From assembly GCA_965237805.1 (NCBI GenBank), contig OZ250153.1, positions 1,184,001 to 1,248,000 of the forward strand: 64,000 nt of DNA, written 5' to 3'. Of the stretch, positions 38,392-48,286 are shown one piece after another (positions within the stretch are counted from its first letter, which is position 1; each line of letters opens with the position of its first letter). A program made the translations under genes and the position numbers. Origin of the DNA: Gammaproteobacteria bacterium (GTDB lineage: Bacteria; Pseudomonadota; Gammaproteobacteria; JABABF01). The notes under the pieces are model-generated. The model did not search any database and was not told the origin of the DNA. It was given only the letters and a program-made list of their open reading frames with translations.

Positions 38392-39606
38392 TCAGCCTTT
38401 GGTGGCGCTACTTTTTGCCTCTGCTAGCAGCTGGTGGCTGTTAGCAAATTCTCCCTGTGCGGCGGCGACCCGCGACAGCTCGGCGAGGATGTCGGCATCC
38501 ATGGCTCGCAGCTGCGCCGCTCGTTGCAGCTGTTCGGTGGCCTTGCTCAACACGCCTTGGCGCAGATATAGCCGCCCCAAGCACAGAGCCAAGTCGGGAT
38601 CGTCTTGATGTTGCTCCAGCCATGCGCTGGCCGCTTCGATTTGGGCTTCCACTCGTTCCCCGGCGACCAGCCCGTAGAGGCGCACCAGTTGTGGGTGCCA
38701 CATCTTCTTTAGCTGCGCTTCGATCTCCCGCGCCGCCATCTCAGCTCCGCTCTGGTTTGTCTGCAAGCCTGTCAACTCAAGGTAATGGGCGATGCAGTCG
38801 ATGGAGTCTTTGATGCGGCCCGGCGCTTTGTCCCAACTGTGCTGCAACGATTGCAGGCGCATGGCTTGGTCTGCTGTGGCCGCTTGGTCCAGTCGGTGCA
38901 TCCAGATTTGCTGTTGCCATGCCACATCGCTCGCGTTGCCGTCGCGGGGAGCTTGGTCGAACAACTGTTCCAGCTGCTCCGTCTGCCCCGACTCTTGGTA
39001 CACCAATGCCAAGTGATGCCGCGCACCATGGTGCCGTGGATATTCTTCGAGAAAATCTGTCAGCCGTGTCGCCCGCTGCTCCGGTGTGGCATGCGCCGCT
39101 TTGCCGGGAGCGATGGCGCGGAGATAGGCGAGCGTCTGCTGTGATTCCTTGTCCAGCTCCATATCTTTGGCTTGGAGCAGGTAGTGGGCAAGCACATCCG
39201 CATCGCCCTGTGCCATGGCGGCTTGTGCAGCCAGCAGTATGAACATGGGGGCGTGCCGACCTTGGCTACGAGCGCCTTGCGACAAGCTGCGGTGGGCCAA
39301 GGGCCAATCTTCGGAGATGAAGGCGGCGAGGCCGGTACTCATGTGCTCGGCGTGGCTGTCGACGCGCTTGGCACGCCATAAGTTGCCGAGTGCACCGGGC
39401 AAGGAGAATAGGCCGATCAATACCCTGAGTAGCAGATAGCTGAAGAAGACGATGGCGACGAATAGGAACAGGCCAGTCAGCAAGGGAGTGCGGTACTCCG
39501 AGCCGTGCCACCGGATTTCCACATGACCGGGTACATTGCTGAACACGGCGGCGCTGATCATGACCAAGCCAGTCACGATCAGCGTGCCCCATAGATATGC
39601 TCTCAT
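38392..39606 (-). CDS. hemY: HemY-type membrane/TPR protein
   Basis: Two N-terminal TM segments flanking PGHVEI, then TPR-like helices (LCLGRLY); position after hemX. Confidence 0.75.
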   Translation of the reverse strand: MRAYLWGTLIVTGLVMISAAVFSNVPGHVEIRWHGSEYRTPLLTGLFLFVAIVFFSYLLLRVLIGLFSLPGALGNLWRAKRVDSHAEHMSTGLAAFISEDWPLAHRSLSQGARSQGRHAPMFILLAAQAAMAQGDADVLAHYLLQAKDMELDKESQQTLAYLRAIAPGKAAHATPEQRATRLTDFLEEYPRHHGARHHLALVYQESGQTEQLEQLFDQAPRDGNASDVAWQQQIWMHRLDQAATADQAMRLQSLQHSWDKAPGRIKDSIDCIAHYLELTGLQTNQSGAEMAAREIEAQLKKMWHPQLVRLYGLVAGERVEAQIEAASAWLEQHQDDPDLALCLGRLYLRQGVLSKATEQLQRAAQLRAMDADILAELSRVAAAQGEFANSHQLLAEAKSSATKG

Positions 39607-40811
39607 GGCATGGCGGCCTTGCTTGTGGTGGGGTTGAACGGTGCGGGATTGCTGGCTGCGATCAGCTGATCCAAGGCACGCAACGATGGTGGCTCTCGGA
39701 ACGGCGGTGCCACGATTTGCAGCTTGCCCAACTGCTCGAGCAAAGAGCGCATTTGTGTTACTGGTTGTCCGTTGGGGTCAAAGTGTAGCGCAAGCCACTC
39801 GGCGGCTCGGTCGGCGTTCCCGTGTACCCCCTGCTTGTCATGTAGTGCCAGCGCCAGCTGCAGCTGCGTCAAATACAGCCGCAATCGTGCGCGTGGTCGC
39901 TTGGCCGCCTCCGCATCTGTCTCTCCTGTCGCGATAGCTACCGCCTCCACGGCGTGTACTTCCACCAGCGAGCCAAGCCGTTGCGCGATGTCATCCAGCC
40001 AGACGCCGACAGAGCCCAAGCGCGTCAGCAGCGGTGCCAAGCCACCGTCCCATGTCACTGGCGGGAGAGTGGTGGTTCGCAATGGCAAGCTGTCGACGGC
40101 GATGATGTGGTCGCCCAGCTGGTAGCGGTAGCGTCGCAGATCCGGCTGCTGCATGGCGCTTAGCGTGGTCTGTTCGGCCGCTATGGCGCGCCGCACATCG
40201 ATCAGGCGGGCATCTGGCAATGTTGCCAGCATACTCAGGGCACCGCCGAGCAAGCGGCACGCCGCTGCCGTGTCATGGTGCATTTCCAACTGTGTGCTGA
40301 CGCCGCTGAGCAGCATGCGAGCCGTTTCCACGCGCCACTGTGTCATCAGGGCGCGTCCCGGCTCGCGAAATTTCTGTTCCAGCGTGGCCAGTGCCGTTTG
40401 CTGGTGCTGCAGGCGTGCTGTCAGCGCATCGTGTCGGCGCAGTTGCTGTTGCCGCTCTTCGCGTAGCTGCCGCTGTGCCAGTTCCATGGCATCGTGCTGT
40501 CGCTGTCGCTCGTGATTTTGTTGGCTCAGCTGTTGCGCAAAGGCGCGCCGTTCTTGGCGCGCCTGTTGCAATTGCCCAAAAGCCCAGTAACCGCTGATGG
40601 TGGTGGCTGCGAATAGCACACCGATCAAAAATAGCGAGACGGCGAGACCCCAAGTGCGCGTTGGCGATGCGAACGCACGCTCAGCTTTGGTGGCCGCTGG
40701 CGTTGTGGTTTGGGCATTGCCAGCCTCACCGCGCCCCTCAGGGTGATCGGTGGGCGTGGCAACGGCATTTTTCATCAGCGCAAAATCCTGTTTTCTGGCA
40801 GGCGACCGCAC
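39603..40811 (-). CDS. hemX: HemX-like membrane-anchored coiled-coil protein
   Basis: TM segment, Gln-rich coiled coil, VRRAIA.E...L and WL..HFD; located in hemCDXY. Confidence 0.72.
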   Translation of the reverse strand: MRSPARKQDFALMKNAVATPTDHPEGRGEAGNAQTTTPAATKAERAFASPTRTWGLAVSLFLIGVLFAATTISGYWAFGQLQQARQERRAFAQQLSQQNHERQRQHDAMELAQRQLREERQQQLRRHDALTARLQHQQTALATLEQKFREPGRALMTQWRVETARMLLSGVSTQLEMHHDTAAACRLLGGALSMLATLPDARLIDVRRAIAAEQTTLSAMQQPDLRRYRYQLGDHIIAVDSLPLRTTTLPPVTWDGGLAPLLTRLGSVGVWLDDIAQRLGSLVEVHAVEAVAIATGETDAEAAKRPRARLRLYLTQLQLALALHDKQGVHGNADRAAEWLALHFDPNGQPVTQMRSLLEQLGKLQIVAPPFREPPSLRALDQLIAASNPAPFNPTTSKAAMP

Positions 40812-40875
40812 TCAAAATATGACGCTGGCGATTATAGCAAAGCAGTGCTCGTGCTCCGCTCGAAACGCTTGGCTG

Positions 40876-41652
40876 TCATTGGGCAAAGGCTTGGGCCAAC
40901 GCCCTGGCCAGCGGCTTGGCGGCGGCTGTCGGAGCGACGGCGATGCGTTGGAAGTTTGCTGCGCACGAGTGATCGTGCAGCCGTTGGCCGGGCACGCACA
41001 GCGGCAAGCTGCGCAGCGCCGCCACTTCGTCGCCTGCCAGCTGCACTAGGTTGTCGAGCATGGCAGCGCTGGTGGCGATGGTGGCATCGAGCTGTCCGTT
41101 GCTCAGGCAGTGTTGCAACGGTGCAGCGCTGGCCTCAGGGCAACCCCGTCGGTAGACTTCACAGTAGCTCAGCTCGGCACCGCGGGCGCTCAGGGTCTTG
41201 CCGAGCCACCGTCGCCCGCCGCAGCCGCGGACGATCATCACCGTCTGGCCGTCGAGCTGTTGCAATTTCGGGCGCTGGACTAGGGCTTGGCCACCGGCCC
41301 CGTCGGTCGCTTCGAGGACGCTGAGTCCCGCGGCGCTGAGCGCGGCGGCGGTGGCGGGGCCGATGGCGTGGCAGGGCGGCCAGTGCGAGATGCCATCGCC
41401 TAGCTCGTGGGCCAGTGCGACGGCGTAGCGCACCGCGTTGGCACTGACAAAAATGATGTGCTGACAGTTGTCGAAGCGCGCCAGCTGCGCCAGTGCCCGT
41501 TGTCGTGCGCGACCAGACAGCGCATCGATGCTCAGCGCCGGGATCGTTTCGCTCTCGGCACCGAAGTCGGCCAGCGCGGCGCACAGTGTGCGCTCTTGCC
41601 CGACCGGCCGCGGCACCAACACACGCCAGCCAGAGAGCGCGCCGCCGCTCAT
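40876..41652 (-). CDS. hemD: Uroporphyrinogen-III synthase
   Basis: VLVPRP, IFVSANAV, AIGPATA, RG.GGR.WL..TL and EVYRR motifs; ATGA overlap with hemC. Confidence 0.9.
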   Translation of the reverse strand: MSGGALSGWRVLVPRPVGQERTLCAALADFGAESETIPALSIDALSGRARQRALAQLARFDNCQHIIFVSANAVRYAVALAHELGDGISHWPPCHAIGPATAAALSAAGLSVLEATDGAGGQALVQRPKLQQLDGQTVMIVRGCGGRRWLGKTLSARGAELSYCEVYRRGCPEASAAPLQHCLSNGQLDATIATSAAMLDNLVQLAGDEVAALRSLPLCVPGQRLHDHSCAANFQRIAVAPTAAAKPLARALAQAFAQ

Positions 41653-42650
41653 GGTGCCGCCCCCAACAGCTGGGCGACACCGCCCTGTTGCAAGGTGTCG
41701 GCCACAGCCTGTCCCAAGGCCGCCGGCACATGTCCCCGGGCTTCGGCGCGCAACAGGCGGCTGCCGTCGGCATTGCCGATGATGCCGCGCAGCCATAGCT
41801 CGCCGTCCTGCGCCGTTCCACCTGCGCCCCGCGGCACTGGGGCAGGATCTCCAGCAACCGTTGCCGCCATTTGCTTGACTGGTATGGCATAGGCACCGAG
41901 CGGGAGCTGACACAGTGGCAGCGCCATATCCAAGGCCGCTTCCAAGGCCACGCACAGAGCACGCTCCGCCGCCACGCAGGCACTGGTGAGTGGATCGCTC
42001 AGATGCTCGAGCCACGGTGCCCACTCGTCGCGGTCACTCTGACGGAATTCCACTGCCAGCGCACCTTGGCCACAGGCGGGAAGGCATAGTGACGGCGGCA
42101 GATATTCCGCGATGCGGTGCTTTAAACCTAGGCGCGCAAGCCCTGCGGCAGCCAAGACCAAGGCATCGACATCGCCCTGTTCGAGTCGCTCAAGCCGCGT
42201 GTGCATATTGCCGCGCAATGCGACCCATTGCAGCTCGGGATATGCTCCTCGCAGCTGGCTTTGGCGGCGCGGGCTGGACGTGCCGACCCGCGCCCCGGGC
42301 ATCAGCGCGTCCAAGCTGCCAGCAGGGCTGACGAGGGCATCTGCCGCCGATGCTCGGGTTCCCACCACCGCCACGCTGAGCCCGGCTGGCAACACGGTGG
42401 GGACATCTTTCATGGAATGTACGGCGACATCGGCATCACCCGACAATAGGGCTTGCTCCAATTCTTTGACGAATCCGCGCTTGCCGCTTTCCTCGCCGCG
42501 ATCCCCTGCGGTGCTGAGTGGTTGCAACACCGGTTGCCGTGTTGCTCCGGCAGTGCTGAGAGCCGTGCTAAACCACTTTGCTTGCCACATTGCCAACGGG
42601 CTTTTGCGGGTTGCGATACGCAACTGTGCCATGCCTTTGGTCATTCGCAC
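41649..42650 (-). CDS. hemC: Hydroxymethylbilane synthase
   Basis: IATRKSPLAMWQ, FVKELE, AVHSMKDVP, GTSSPRR, LRGN..TRL and CQLPLG motifs. Confidence 0.95.
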   Translation of the reverse strand: MRMTKGMAQLRIATRKSPLAMWQAKWFSTALSTAGATRQPVLQPLSTAGDRGEESGKRGFVKELEQALLSGDADVAVHSMKDVPTVLPAGLSVAVVGTRASAADALVSPAGSLDALMPGARVGTSSPRRQSQLRGAYPELQWVALRGNMHTRLERLEQGDVDALVLAAAGLARLGLKHRIAEYLPPSLCLPACGQGALAVEFRQSDRDEWAPWLEHLSDPLTSACVAAERALCVALEAALDMALPLCQLPLGAYAIPVKQMAATVAGDPAPVPRGAGGTAQDGELWLRGIIGNADGSRLLRAEARGHVPAALGQAVADTLQQGGVAQLLGAAP

Positions 42651-42747
42651 GGTGTCCCTATGCGCGCTGGCATGATGATAACCTGTGGGGCGAGCATCGG
42701 TCTGGATGGGCTATAATTGCGCAGCAATTTGCGCCATGCTGGGGGGC

Positions 42748-43947
42748 ATGACCAGCAAAACAAAACCCCTAGTTGTTGGATGTTCAAATATGGCCACCGA
42801 CCCAGCCATCTCAAACGAAGCGATTGGATGTTGGGATCCCGAGCAGCTCATTGCCCATTTGCAGCGGACCTTGCACCACGATGGTGCCCCCGATCCTGTG
42901 GAGGACATGCAGCCTTTGGCCTTGTCGCCACACCGAGGTTTTTTTGCCGACTGGCTAAATGCCCATGCCAATCATGAAGAAGGCGGCTTGGCACCGGGGC
43001 AGGTGGTGCTGTTGAGCGCGGGTGCAGTGGCGCACGAGTTCTGTGCACTCTATACCAGTGATGCGCTCTATGCTGGCCACCCGACCTTACTGGTGACGCC
43101 GCGCATCAATCCCTCGCGCGTCTGTCGCAGCATCACTTCCCAGCAGCTGCCGGCAGAGCGCCCCGACAATTGGATGGGCAGCTGGCCACTGGACAGCGAG
43201 GAGTTCCCCGAGCACAGTCTCAAAGAATGGTTGCTGGCCAGCAGTGCCAACGAGCGCTTGAGACTGAATTGGCCCTATGTTACGGATGTGTTGCGCAGCC
43301 GCTTGTTGCAGATTGCTCCGACGGCTGGTGCCTCGGTGCTCTCACCGATCGGGCTCACCCGCTTGGCGCAGGAATTTGTTACTGAAGTGGCCAACAATGC
43401 GGCGTTGAAAAACCGCATCAGTCTATTGGTGATCAACCAGTTGGAGGGGGTGTCCCGTGCCAATCATCTGTCGGGCAATGAGGCGCGCCTAGAAGCGGTG
43501 GCATTGCTTTCCCGCCTTGCCTACAACGGGAATATGGTGCTGTTAGTAGTGGTGGATCAAATCGATTCAGAGCTGCATTCCTTGGCCGATTTCTCGATGC
43601 ATGTGCAGCCAGTCAACAAAGCTGGCGGCGGTCGAGAATTTGGGGGGGCGGTCTACACTGTGGCCAAGCCAGCGCAGGTGGGCGGGGTATCGGTCGATGA
43701 ATTGGCTGATATTATGCGCAACAATAGCATGGATAGTAGCGAACGCATGGTTACTAGCGAGAGCGATACAGGCTCTGCTCCCGTAGGCTCTGCTCCCGCA
43801 GGCTCTGCTCCCGTAGCGGAGCAGACCTATCGCCTCAGCTATCGACGCCATTATGAAGACAACCCCGAGCATATCTTGATCAGGTCTCACAACGGCGGCT
43901 TCAACATGCCGGTGCAGGAAATCGTGAAATGGCAGGATCGCGACTAG
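42748..43947 (+). CDS. Hypothetical protein with a degenerate DnaB-like (RecA-fold) ATPase domain
   Basis: Long ORF; DnaB C-terminal motif spacing is recognisable but Walker A/B are altered. TATAAT at 42712. Start uncertain. Confidence 0.55.
   Translation: MTSKTKPLVVGCSNMATDPAISNEAIGCWDPEQLIAHLQRTLHHDGAPDPVEDMQPLALSPHRGFFADWLNAHANHEEGGLAPGQVVLLSAGAVAHEFCALYTSDALYAGHPTLLVTPRINPSRVCRSITSQQLPAERPDNWMGSWPLDSEEFPEHSLKEWLLASSANERLRLNWPYVTDVLRSRLLQIAPTAGASVLSPIGLTRLAQEFVTEVANNAALKNRISLLVINQLEGVSRANHLSGNEARLEAVALLSRLAYNGNMVLLVVVDQIDSELHSLADFSMHVQPVNKAGGGREFGGAVYTVAKPAQVGGVSVDELADIMRNNSMDSSERMVTSESDTGSAPVGSAPAGSAPVAEQTYRLSYRRHYEDNPEHILIRSHNGGFNMPVQEIVKWQDRD
43770..43814. repeat. 3 x 15-bp in-frame repeat (GSAPV/GSAPA)
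   Basis: AGGCTCTGCTCCCGY three times. Confidence 0.9.
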
Positions 43948-44056
43948 GTCTTTTGATTGTTGCGCCCGCCCAAATCCCAGCTACCATAGCCGTTTGCCAC
44001 TGTCTTGGGCGGTTCTACGCTTGTGCTGTTGCCGGAGGCGGGGTTAGCGAATCGCT

Positions 44057-45445
44057 ATGAGTCCATCTAAGAAGCCTTGGAGCGGGCGTTTCACCGAGGC
44101 CACCGATGCCGCCGTCGAGGCATTTACCGCTTCGGTGCATGTCGACAAACGCCTATATCGCCATGATATTGAGGGTTCTTTGGCGCATGCCGCCGCATTG
44201 CGTCAAGCCGAGGTGCTCGACAACGGCGAGCTGCGGCAGATCGAGCAGGCTTTGCGCGCTATCTTGGGCGATATTGAGGACGGGCATTTCAAGTGGCGCC
44301 TCGAGTTAGAGGATGTCCACATGAACATCGAAATGGCACTGATCGAACGCATTGGTGAGGTGGCCAAGAAATTGCACACCGGGCGCTCGCGCAACGACCA
44401 AGTAGCCACCGATCTGCGGCTCTATGCACGCGATGCCATCGATGGTCTGCGCGCTGCCATCGACGGTCTGCGCGATGTCCTGTTGCAGCGAGCCGATGCG
44501 GAGGCCGCCACGCCGATGCCCGGCTTCACGCATCTGCAGACGGCGCAGCCAGTGACCTTGGGGCATCATTTCATGGCTTGGGATGCCATGCTGGAACGCG
44601 ATGCGGAACGCTTGGCGGATTGTAGGCGGCGGGTCAATATCTCGCCGCTGGGTGCGGGAGCGCTGGCTGGCAATGGTGTTGGCATCGACCCGGCTGTGGC
44701 AGCCGCGCAGCTGGGCTTCGACGGAGTGTTCGCCAATTCGCTGGATGCTGTCAGCGACCGCGATTTTGCCATCGAACTGGTGTCGGCGACGGCCTTGCTG
44801 ATGGTGCATCTTTCGCGCCTGGCCGAGGAGCTGGTGCTGTGGTGTTCACCATTGGTCAACTTCTGTTCCCTGCCCGACCGCTTTTGTACGGGATCCTCGA
44901 TCATGCCGCAGAAAAAGAACCCCGATGTGCCGGAGCTGGTGCGCGGGCGTTGCGCCCGGACACAGGGTCACCTGATGGCCTTGCTGACGCTGATGAAGGG
45001 GCAGCCACTGGCATATAACCGCGACAATCAAGAAGACAAGGAGCCGCTGTTCGACACGGTGGACACAGCGCTCTCTTGCTTGCAGATGCTCGCGCCGTTG
45101 ATTGCCGCTTTGGAGCCACAGCGTGAGGTGATGGCGCGGGCAGCGGCTGGCGCTTTTGCCACTGCCACCGACTTGGCGGACTATTTGGCGCAGCGCGGCG
45201 TCCCCTTCCGCGATGCGCATGCCATCACGGGTCGCGCCGTCGCCCTCGCTGCCGACAGCGGTGTCGCATTGGAGGATTTGCCGCTGGAGCAGCTCCAAGC
45301 TTTGGCTCCGCAGATCGATGATACGGTGTACGAGCGGTTGACAGTGGCCGGCTCACTGGCCGCTCGCAGCCATGTCGGCGGCACGGCACCAGCGACGGTG
45401 CGCGTCGCCGCCCGTGCTGCCCGGGCACGGCTGCAGCGCGGCTAG
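44057..45445 (+). CDS. argH: Argininosuccinate lyase
   Basis: WSGRF, EDVHMNIE, HTGRSRNDQ, PGFTHLQ and GSSIMPQKKNPD motifs. Confidence 0.98.
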   Translation: MSPSKKPWSGRFTEATDAAVEAFTASVHVDKRLYRHDIEGSLAHAAALRQAEVLDNGELRQIEQALRAILGDIEDGHFKWRLELEDVHMNIEMALIERIGEVAKKLHTGRSRNDQVATDLRLYARDAIDGLRAAIDGLRDVLLQRADAEAATPMPGFTHLQTAQPVTLGHHFMAWDAMLERDAERLADCRRRVNISPLGAGALAGNGVGIDPAVAAAQLGFDGVFANSLDAVSDRDFAIELVSATALLMVHLSRLAEELVLWCSPLVNFCSLPDRFCTGSSIMPQKKNPDVPELVRGRCARTQGHLMALLTLMKGQPLAYNRDNQEDKEPLFDTVDTALSCLQMLAPLIAALEPQREVMARAAAGAFATATDLADYLAQRGVPFRDAHAITGRAVALAADSGVALEDLPLEQLQALAPQIDDTVYERLTVAGSLAARSHVGGTAPATVRVAARAARARLQRG

Positions 45446-45456
45446 TCGGCCCCACT

Positions 45457-46434
45457 GTGGCCAAGCAATCGAGCCCCCACCTCGGCGTTGTCGTCGAGCC
45501 ATTGGCCAGTCTACAGCCCGCGAAGGACAGCACCATCGCTATGTTGCGCGCCGCTGTCGGGCGGGGCTGGCAGCTGTGGGCGATGGAGTGCCGTGATTTG
45601 GCGTGGGGGGATGACGGTGTCTATGCCAGTATGTCGGCATTGCAGCTGGTAGAGGATGCCGATAGTGGCGGCTCTTGGTATGAGGCGCAGCCACCGGCTC
45701 GACGCTCGCTGGCCACGCTCGATGCCCTGCTGATGCGTGCCGATCCGCCAGTAGACACACGCTATCTGCACGCGACCCAGCTGCTGTCGGAGGCGGAGCG
45801 CCACGGTTTGGTGGTGTTCAACCGACCGCAGAGTTTGCGCGACTGCAACGAGAAGTTGTTGGCGCTGGAGTTTCCGGAGGATTGCCCGCCGACGCTGGTC
45901 AGTGCCGATGTGCGGGCACTGGCTGAATTCCGAGCCGAATTTGGCGCTGTGGTACTCAAGCCTTTGGACGGCATGGGTGGCCGCGGTGTCTTGGTCATGC
46001 AGCCGGGCGACCCCAATTTCAATTCTGCTGTCGCGTTGCTGAGCGATAGTGGGTGCTCGCCGATCATCGCGCAGCGTTTTCTCCCAGAAGTGCGTGAGAC
46101 GGGAGACCGGCGGGTTCTGTTGGTGGATGGCGAGGTGCCTTCGCACGCGTTAGCACGGCTGCCGTCGGTCGACGATATCCGTGGCAATTTGGTGGCCGGG
46201 GCGCGAGCCGAGCTGCACCAGATCGGTGCCGACGAGCGCGCCTTGTGCCGCCGTGTGGGAGCGGTGTTGATCGAGCGTGGCATCACCTTCGCCGGGCTCG
46301 ATGTGATCGGCGGCCGGCTCACAGAAGTCAATATCACCAGTCCCACTGGCTTGTGCGAATTGCAGCGCTTGGGTGCCCCCGACTTGGCCTCGTCCTTGCT
46401 CGATGCCTTGGAGCGTCGCTGGGCAGCGCGCTGA
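45457..46434 (+). CDS. gshB: Glutathione synthetase
   Basis: KDST, MR.DPP, NEKL, KPLDGMGG, RGNL and EVNITSPT motifs. Confidence 0.95.
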   Translation: MAKQSSPHLGVVVEPLASLQPAKDSTIAMLRAAVGRGWQLWAMECRDLAWGDDGVYASMSALQLVEDADSGGSWYEAQPPARRSLATLDALLMRADPPVDTRYLHATQLLSEAERHGLVVFNRPQSLRDCNEKLLALEFPEDCPPTLVSADVRALAEFRAEFGAVVLKPLDGMGGRGVLVMQPGDPNFNSAVALLSDSGCSPIIAQRFLPEVRETGDRRVLLVDGEVPSHALARLPSVDDIRGNLVAGARAELHQIGADERALCRRVGAVLIERGITFAGLDVIGGRLTEVNITSPTGLCELQRLGAPDLASSLLDALERRWAAR

Positions 46435-46468
46435 GTCGCTTTGGTCGTCTGCCGCTGCCCGGTTTGTC

Positions 46469-46927
46469 ATGACTGAGCTCGCTGCGGGAGCCGCAGCAGG
46501 TGCTGCTATGGTGCTGTGTTTTGACTTTGGCACTACCGCCATCGGTGTGGCGGCGGGCTCGGGCGGGGCAGCGGGACAGCGGCCCGAGGAATTGCCCGCG
46601 TTGGCGGCGCGCGATGGTCGTCCCGAGTGGCGGGTGGTGGACGCGCTGGTGGCCGCATGGCAGCCGCGGTTGCTGGTGGTGGGACTGCCCTTGCATGCCG
46701 ATGGCAGTGACAGCCCTATCGCTGCGCGGGCGCGTCGCTTTGCACGGCAGTTGGGAGGTCGTCTGCAGCTGCCGTGGCGGATGATGGACGAGCGGCTCAG
46801 CACGGTGGCGGCGCGCGAGGAGCTGGCGGTGGTTGGCACTGCTGGTCGCGCCCGTTCGGTACACAGTGTCGCGGCGCGCTTGGTGCTGGAGGCATATTTC
46901 CGCTCGCCGGAGTCGGCAGGGCAGTAG
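46469..46927 (+). CDS. yqgF: Pre-16S rRNA nuclease YqgF/RuvX
   Basis: CFDFG...IGVA, W.P..LVVGLP...DG and DERLST motifs. Confidence 0.9.
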   Translation: MTELAAGAAAGAAMVLCFDFGTTAIGVAAGSGGAAGQRPEELPALAARDGRPEWRVVDALVAAWQPRLLVVGLPLHADGSDSPIAARARRFARQLGGRLQLPWRMMDERLSTVAAREELAVVGTAGRARSVHSVAARLVLEAYFRSPESAGQ

Positions 46928-46930
46928 CAG

Positions 46931-47644
46931 ATGGCCAGTCGGCCTCAGCTCGGTGACGCGTCGTTGGCGGGATGCAAAATGTCGGTGGAGGCGCGGCTGA
47001 GGCAGGCGGCGCGGGCCGCTGGACGTCGGCATGGCGATATTCTGTTGCTCGCGGCCACCAAGGGGCGCGATGCCGCCACACTGCGTCGCGCCCATGCTCT
47101 GGGGTTGCGCCACTTTGGCGAAAACTACCTGCAGGAGGCGCTACCCAAGATCGAAGCGCTGGCCGAGCTGGCTCCCTGCTGGCACTTCATCGGTGCTTTG
47201 CAATCCAACAAGACCGCTGCGGTAGCACGGAATTTTCTGTGGGTGCACAGCATCGACCGTCTGCGCATTGCTGAGCGCCTCAGCGCCCAGCGCCCGCCCG
47301 AACTGCCACCGCTCGAAGTCTGCCTGCAGCTGCGGCTCGATGACGAGACGGCCAAGTCCGGTGTCTCGCCAGCGCAGCTGCCAGCGCTGGCGGCAGCGGT
47401 GGAGACCCTGCCGCGTCTGCGTTTGCGCGGTCTGATGGTGTTGCCAGCTCCGCGCAGTGGTTTCGGCGCGCAACGTCGTTCGTTGTCGCGGGCCGGGGCT
47501 CTGTTGCGGCAGCTGCGGGAGCAGTTGCCAGCACTGGACACGCTGTCGATGGGCACCTCGGAGGACATGGAGGCGGCCGTGGCGGAGGGGGCGACGCTGT
47601 TGCGCATCGGCTCAGCCCTGTTCGGGGCGCGTCGGCAGCCCTGA
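46931..47644 (+). CDS. yggS: PLP homeostasis protein YggS
   Basis: FGENYLQE, WHFIG.LQSNK, LRGLM, LSMG and RIGSALFG motifs. Confidence 0.95.
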   Translation: MASRPQLGDASLAGCKMSVEARLRQAARAAGRRHGDILLLAATKGRDAATLRRAHALGLRHFGENYLQEALPKIEALAELAPCWHFIGALQSNKTAAVARNFLWVHSIDRLRIAERLSAQRPPELPPLEVCLQLRLDDETAKSGVSPAQLPALAAAVETLPRLRLRGLMVLPAPRSGFGAQRRSLSRAGALLRQLREQLPALDTLSMGTSEDMEAAVAEGATLLRIGSALFGARRQP

Positions 47645-47722
47645 GCGGCATCGTTTTGAGCACGGATGATGTCGGTATAATTGCACTGTAGGAATGGCAG
47701 GCAATTTCAGGGAGTGGGCAAT

Positions 47723-48286
47723 ATGGCTCGGACACCGTCCACCATGCCGCCGTTGGGCTTCCTCGCCCCCGATTTCCAGTTACCGGAACCGGTCGCCGAC
47801 GGTCGCTTGCGCAGCCGCGATGACTGTTGTGGCGAGCGCGGTTTGCTGGTGATGTTCATCTGCAACCACTGTCCCTTCGTTTTGCATATTGAAGCGGGGC
47901 TCTTGGCTTTCGGGCGCGACTATATACCGCACGGTCTCGGCGTGGTCGCCATCAATGCCAACGATGCTGACAGCCATCCTGAGGATGCCCCCGAGTTGAT
48001 GGCCGAGCGTTGCCGCGAGCGTGGCTACCCTTTCCCCTATCTCTATGATGAGAGCCAGCAGGTGGCGCACGCCTACCAAGCAGCTTGCACGCCGGATTTC
48101 TTTCTCTGCGACAGTGATCTGCGCTGCGTGTACCGGGGTCGTTTCGATGCGGCGAGGCCGGGCAATGATGAAGTGTCGAGTGGTGCCGACCTGCGCTGTG
48201 CTGCCGACCAGCTGCTGGCTGGCGAGCCGGTGACGACGGCGCAGCACCCGAGCTTGGGGTGCAATATCAAGTGGAAGGCAGCTTAG
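47723..48286 (+). CDS. Thioredoxin-like AhpC/TSA family protein
   Basis: APDF.LP, MFICNHCPFV, FPYLYDE, AACTPDFF and SLGCNIKWK motifs. Confidence 0.9.
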   Translation: MARTPSTMPPLGFLAPDFQLPEPVADGRLRSRDDCCGERGLLVMFICNHCPFVLHIEAGLLAFGRDYIPHGLGVVAINANDADSHPEDAPELMAERCRERGYPFPYLYDESQQVAHAYQAACTPDFFLCDSDLRCVYRGRFDAARPGNDEVSSGADLRCAADQLLAGEPVTTAQHPSLGCNIKWKAA

